Source: an uncultured virus (IMG/VR IMGVR_UViG_3300025322_000014)
Taxonomy: Duplodnaviria > Heunggongvirae > Uroviricota > Caudoviricetes
Reading direction: 5' to 3' (one strand)
Length of the DNA: 20,000 bases
Virus record (IMG/VR): IMGVR_UViG_3300025322_000014
Position numbers and translations under genes: made by a program. Positions 16,088 through 20,000 of this stretch are shown piece after piece. Within the stretch, counting starts at the first letter, position 1; each line of letters opens with the position of its first letter. The notes under the pieces are model-generated. The model did no database searches and was not told the DNA's origin. It was given only the letters and a program-made list of their open reading frames with translations.

Positions 16088-16747
16088 TCAGCACACACGA
16101 AAATCCTTCACCTTCAGTTTCGTGATGATTCGTTGTCCATTGCGCGCGAATAGCTCGACTTCCGGCCGAGCAACGAGACCTTCCGCCGGGCCATCGTACC
16201 AGCGTGATTTCAAACCGCTGTCGCGGACGACGTCGACCATCTGCATCAGGGTGCCTCTTCCCCATTCAGGAACCACCCCAAGATCCATGGCGATGGCTAC
16301 GCTGAGGACATCTTTGCGCTTCAACCACCAGTCTCCTACTTTAACGTCAAACAACACGAAGTCCTGGTTGGGTCCGTACAGCTTGCCGGCAGCTTGAATG
16401 CCTGCGCCGTAACCCTCGCCGTACAAACAAACCGGGCCTTCGTCGAACGATGCGCGGAAGGCGGAGCCATCCAAAGGAAATGTCGCGACGAGTTTCTCGA
16501 AGAGCCGCGTTGGAATCTGTGCGTTGTCTGACTTACCGCCGAAACGTACATCCCCGATGACATTATCAGCCCCGCAGGGATTCCACATAACGCGGATATT
16601 CATTCCGTCCACTTTCTCGGTCCAGAGCCAATTGCAATCACGCAAGAACTCGAACTCGGGACGAGAGTATTGACCAATCAGCAGCGTTTTGCCATTATTG
16701 GTCATGTCGCGTTTGAATACTGTTTGGATTTTGTGGTATGAATTCAT
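16088..16747 (-). CDS. RNA ligase family (ATP-dependent nucleotidyltransferase, Rnl2-like core)
   Basis: Motif I TEKVDG, III LYGE, IIIa FVLFDV, IV EGLVARP and V KLK; SD AGGAG. Confidence 0.85.
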   Translation of the reverse strand: MNSYHKIQTVFKRDMTNNGKTLLIGQYSRPEFEFLRDCNWLWTEKVDGMNIRVMWNPCGADNVIGDVRFGGKSDNAQIPTRLFEKLVATFPLDGSAFRASFDEGPVCLYGEGYGAGIQAAGKLYGPNQDFVLFDVKVGDWWLKRKDVLSVAIAMDLGVVPEWGRGTLMQMVDVVRDSGLKSRWYDGPAEGLVARPEVELFARNGQRIITKLKVKDFRVC

Positions 16748-16749
16748 GT

Positions 16750-17118
16750 TTACTCCTGGTAGAATCTATGATTTTCATCGCTTGTCGAATGAATAATAAC
16801 GCGCAATTTCGTTGCGCGATCTTCAAGCTCGCCAAGAAATTCGCCGGCTTTTGCTTCGCCCTCGTCAATCATACCGTTCGGGTCTGTAACTCCGTTCTTA
16901 TAATCCCCGTGGCGTGCTATCCAGATCGCGTCTGCAGCAAGGCAACGCAGTTGATGCGCATAGTCTCGCCAAAATTCGGCGATGCGCACCGCACCATTCA
17001 AACGATCGACCGGAGTAACACCGAGTTGGTCCCATATCAGCCCATTACGATCACCTGAATTTGCAGCAAAAATGCGGTCCATCTCAGCCTTATCAAGTCG
17101 AATGTCACGATCGCTCAT
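16750..17118 (-). CDS. Hypothetical protein (122 aa)
   Basis: ORF track; tightly packed between dUTPase and RNA ligase. Confidence 0.65.
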   Translation of the reverse strand: MSDRDIRLDKAEMDRIFAANSGDRNGLIWDQLGVTPVDRLNGAVRIAEFWRDYAHQLRCLAADAIWIARHGDYKNGVTDPNGMIDEGEAKAGEFLGELEDRATKLRVIIHSTSDENHRFYQE

Positions 17119-17554
17119 GTTTTACCCTTTCATCGGTACTGCCGAAACCACCTTCGCCGCGTTCGGTAGGTTCGAGTTCCAACGATTCACGAAACAACAC
17201 CTGATTGCGGCGGTGCCACACAGCCTGCACGATCTTGTCGCCCACGTTGATCAGTTGGCAGTATTCCGTCGCGTTGTACAGCATACAAACCCATTCGCCG
17301 CGATAATCAGCATCAATCTGGCCACCGACAACAAACAAACCTCTCTCAGCAACACTGGATCTGTCATTTAATGTAGCATACCAACCCGGCGAAAAGGACA
17401 TGGCTACTCCGAGTGGAACTTTACCGACTTTGCCAGCCGGTATAAAAACTTTCTCGGCCGCGAACATGTCGGCGCCGAGGTCGTTTTCATGCGCGTACTC
17501 TGGCATCCGCGCGCGCGGAACAACTTTCTTAACCTGTACCCACGTACCACTCAT
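17105..17554 (-). CDS. dut: Trimeric dUTPase
   Basis: Motifs LGADM, RSS, GQIDADYRGE, GDKIVQ and RGEGGFGST; SD GAGGTG before ATG at 17554. Confidence 0.95.
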   Translation of the reverse strand: MSGTWVQVKKVVPRARMPEYAHENDLGADMFAAEKVFIPAGKVGKVPLGVAMSFSPGWYATLNDRSSVAERGLFVVGGQIDADYRGEWVCMLYNATEYCQLINVGDKIVQAVWHRRNQVLFRESLELEPTERGEGGFGSTDERVKHERS

Positions 17555-17562
17555 GTTACACC

Positions 17563-17856
17563 TCAATCATCATCGTCGTCAATATCATCCAATAACTCAA
17601 AGTTTTCATCTCGAGAGGCGATCATGCCCCTTTTCAATCTCGACAAAACGACGTGCGCATGTTCGTGATCTTCTGTTTTCAGGACTAATACGCGGTCCGA
17701 GAACGCAAAGCCAATGACCACCGCCGGGGCGTCAAAATCAAATAGTGTCTTGGCTTCCTCGGCCGGAACAATACTCACATTCGCGATCGTAGCGCAGTTT
17801 ATTACGTCGCCACCAGTCTGGAAGATCACTTTATGTCTTGCTGGATGTCTAGTCAT
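17563..17856 (-). CDS. Hypothetical protein with acidic tail (possible upstream ATA start at 17895)
   Basis: ORF track; ends in DDIDDDDD. Confidence 0.65.
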   Translation of the reverse strand: MTRHPARHKVIFQTGGDVINCATIANVSIVPAEEAKTLFDFDAPAVVIGFAFSDRVLVLKTEDHEHAHVVLSRLKRGMIASRDENFELLDDIDDDDD

Positions 17857-17910
17857 TGCGCGATCCCGGTCTGCCGCCTGATGAGAAGAAGGTATTTGAA
17901 CCTCCTAAAA

Positions 17911-18183
17911 CTAAATAGCGTAACCAAAGTAATAAATGCGACTGATATTTATTTCAACACACGATCCGAACTTCTTGGATATGTTGAAACTACTAATCGG
18001 CTTTACCGCTTCCTTGAGCGGAACCTCGCCAAGAACTTCGAGAAATGCCTGTAATACATCATCATCAGCAACCTGCGACATTGCATCATAAATTCGTCGC
18101 ACAGTCGGAACACTCAGAAACGCACCACTCCAGCGGTATCCGGGCATATCCAACGTCGCAATGTAAATAAACCTCTCACACAT
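17911..18183 (-). CDS. Hypothetical protein (~90 aa)
   Basis: Start re-assigned to ATG at 18183, overlapping the sigma factor stop. Confidence 0.5.
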   Translation of the reverse strand: MCERFIYIATLDMPGYRWSGAFLSVPTVRRIYDAMSQVADDDVLQAFLEVLGEVPLKEAVKPISSFNISKKFGSCVEINISRIYYFGYAI

Positions 18184-18841
18184 TATCCATGATCTCCTGA
18201 CTGAGAATGTTTGCTGCAGCGTATTGCAGATCTTTGAGAACGACTCTCGCTCGTTCACCAGAAAATCCGTATTTCGCTCCTATGCCGTTATAGATCATAC
18301 CGCTAGCGCGGTCAAGTAGCATCTCGAAATCTCTCTGGCTCAGATTTTCCCGCAGCTTAGCAATGCAAGCCGCCACGAACTCCTCTTCATCTTTAGCGGC
18401 CTCGTGCATACCGCTTTTTTTATCTGGGAACTCAGGATTGTCGGGTGCAATATCAGTAAACAGCGCGCACCGTAGTGCCGCGGCCAGACTCTCTTTGGCC
18501 GCATCGCTGCCGCGTGTACGAATCTCAACTTTGTCCCACGTTTTAAGTGGCGTTGCATTAGCCCACGTGTATTTCAACATCGCGGCGTAGATGCATTTGT
18601 AGGCGTAGGTTGCAAAGGATGCGCGAGAGACATGATCGTTGTCGTAATGGTCGATTGCATAAAGCAGCGCTATGCAACCTTCTTGGATTAGGTCTTCACG
18701 ATCTAAACCTCGTAATCGAATCTTATCTTCGCGCGAAGACGAACTACCAGCAGCCCATGGAAATCGTTTCGTCGCGACGTGATGCACCAGAGGCACCCAT
18801 TGCTCGAACGTGATTGGCGTGTCCGTGCCGCTGTCATCCAT
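18176..18841 (-). CDS. Phage-encoded sigma-70 family RNA polymerase sigma factor
   Basis: Region 2: PLVHHVA...DREDLIQEGCIALLYAIDHYD...SFATYAYKCI. Region 4 HTH: LSQRDFEML...GMIYNGIGAKYGFSGERARVV. AAGGA SD before ATG at 18841. Confidence 0.9.
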   Translation of the reverse strand: MDDSGTDTPITFEQWVPLVHHVATKRFPWAAGSSSSREDKIRLRGLDREDLIQEGCIALLYAIDHYDNDHVSRASFATYAYKCIYAAMLKYTWANATPLKTWDKVEIRTRGSDAAKESLAAALRCALFTDIAPDNPEFPDKKSGMHEAAKDEEEFVAACIAKLRENLSQRDFEMLLDRASGMIYNGIGAKYGFSGERARVVLKDLQYAAANILSQEIMDNV

Positions 18842-18845
18842 GATT

Positions 18846-19250
18846 CTATTCCTTCCGGAGGGGTCGTAACTCAAAAATATCCGGGTCGACCTCCAAAAGT
18901 TTAAGTCGTAGCCCGATAGCGTGTAGCAACTCAGCATTAACGCCGGTTGATTCTCGCCATCCGAGAATTTTTAGGATAGCAAAGGCCTGGCAATGGCTGA
19001 TGAACTCTTTATCATACTCAGCCCAATCAGACCATGCCGTGCCCATCCCACCACGTTCAACAAGAGGAACACTGTAAACGATGGGAGAGAAGACAAGATA
19101 CCCGCTAGCAATAAGTGCCGACGTTGCGTTGACGGCTTGTTGATGGCGCCAGGCTTGTAGCCAGGCGGCCTCCCTTCTTTCGGTCTCCGTATTTTGTGGT
19201 CCCTTTGCCGTGTACGGTGACGATAGGTAGATCATGTGCTTCTGCGTCAT
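18846..19250 (-). CDS. DUF1937 / nucleoside deoxyribosyltransferase-like fold protein
   Basis: IYLSSPYT...VFSPI...W...D..FI..C....L...GW.ES.GV.AE...A pattern; GGAG SD before ATG at 19250. Confidence 0.8.
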   Translation of the reverse strand: MTQKHMIYLSSPYTAKGPQNTETERREAAWLQAWRHQQAVNATSALIASGYLVFSPIVYSVPLVERGGMGTAWSDWAEYDKEFISHCQAFAILKILGWRESTGVNAELLHAIGLRLKLLEVDPDIFELRPLRKE

Positions 19251-19369
19251 GGATGTGCTCCGGGAGTTGCGAAGAACAGCAGGTACAGTATCAAAATCCA
19301 CCAGCAAATTCCACCAAGAAAGATCGCCTTGACAACAAAGCCCGTAAATAATTTCCACATGCATTTCAT
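19247..19369 (-). CDS. Small single-pass membrane peptide (40 aa)
   Basis: Read manually: GGAGG SD, MKCMWKLFTGFVVKAIFLGGICWWILILYLLFFATPGAHP*, ATGA-coupled to the next gene. Confidence 0.65.
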   Translation of the reverse strand: MKCMWKLFTGFVVKAIFLGGICWWILILYLLFFATPGAHP

Positions 19370-19387
19370 GTTGCGCCTCCGATCATC

Positions 19388-19416
19388 ATCTTATTGTAGA
19401 TCATTTCAAAAGTCAA
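19388..19416 (-). promoter_or_regulatory. Sigma70-type early promoter
   Basis: TTGACT (19411-19416), 17 nt, TAAGAT (19388-19393), with A/T tracts upstream resembling an UP element. Confidence 0.7.
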
Positions 19417-19517
19417 GTCTAGAAAAATTTTTTGATTTTGCAATTTTTTGCAAAGGAATAAAGGACATATATGTATGATTCCACGCGCGCCCGCGCGCCC
19501 ACCCGGCTCAAGATCGG

Positions 19518-19673
19518 CCCAGACCCCAACCCCTACCCCTTGCTCCGAACCCCTACCCCTTACTCCGAACCCCTTGCGTGCGTACGTACGTGCGCGTGCG
19601 TAGAAAAAGATCGCGACACTTCCCTTACCCCGAACCCCCTTACCCCAACCCCTTACCCCGAACCCCCTTGCGT
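19518..19673. repeat. C-tract repeats (CCGAACCCCT / TACCCC); G-quadruplex-like on the minus strand
   Basis: Two blocks of C3-5 runs with short loops, both ending GAACCCC(C)TTGCGT. Confidence 0.8.
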
Positions 19674-19802
19674 CAAATGCTCACGCTTTTGCACCAAAGC
19701 GTGACAACAAGCCGCACAAGACGGTGGGTGGATGTCGAGTACCCCAGCCTTGTGCCGCAGAATGATACAGTGGTCGAAAAGTAAGATCGTCTTACGGTAT
19801 GC

Positions 19803-20000
19803 GTGCTCCATGCTCCATGCTCCGTGCTCCGTGCTCCATGCTCCATGCTCCGTGCTCCATGCTCCGTGCTCCATGCTCCGTGCTCCGTGCTCCATGCTCC
19901 ATGCTCCGCGCTCCATGCTCCATGCTCCGCGCTCCGTGCTCCGTGCTCCATGCTCCATGCTCCGCGCTCCGTGCTCCATGCTCCATGCTCCGCGCTCCGT
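19803..20000. repeat. Heptamer tandem array (RYGCTCC)n, at least 28 units, runs off the window edge
   Basis: Units ATGCTCC, GTGCTCC and GCGCTCC with perfect 7-nt period. Confidence 0.97.

Noticed and set aside
19471..19784. Pro-rich plus-strand ORFs
   Set aside because: They are translations of the C-tract repeats; non-coding structure explains the region better.
19653..19986. Three MEHGARS-repeat ORFs
   Set aside because: Automatic result of a stop-free 7-nt repeat; no independent evidence of coding.
19803..20000. CRISPR array
   Set aside because: Period is 7 nt with no unique spacers, and there are no cas genes.
1..20000. Stop-codon reassignment, tRNA genes, introns/inteins, att site
   Set aside because: Core genes read intact in the standard code at ordinary lengths; no cloverleaf, splicing motif or att-like repeat was recognised by eye.

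Overview
This window is a 20-kb piece of a tailed dsDNA phage (Caudoviricetes) genome, probably podovirus-like, coded almost entirely on the minus strand. Reading right to left: a non-coding repeat zone (RYGCTCC heptamer array, G-quadruplex-like C-tracts); a sigma70-type promoter driving an early/middle block (membrane peptide, DUF1937-like protein, phage sigma-70 factor, dUTPase, RNA ligase, unknowns); a lone plus-strand catalytic-domain-only tyrosine recombinase; then the morphogenesis module (putative TerS, TerL, Rmf/CrpP-like protein, endonuclease VII, portal, scaffold). An ~5-kb block separates the scaffold from the major capsid gene; it holds two paralog-led LamG/jelly-roll modules and an adaptor-like gene. 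After the capsid gene come a second endonuclease VII, small basic ORFs and a probable structural gene apparently starting with ATT. The most notable unannotated signal is the motif CGAATAAT, found in three intergenic gaps ahead of the packaging, portal and capsid modules. It is a candidate late promoter for the phage's own sigma factor, and at the TerS/recombinase junction it overlaps a near-consensus host sigma70 promoter on the opposite strand. All functional calls come from reading motifs by eye; no database searches were run.
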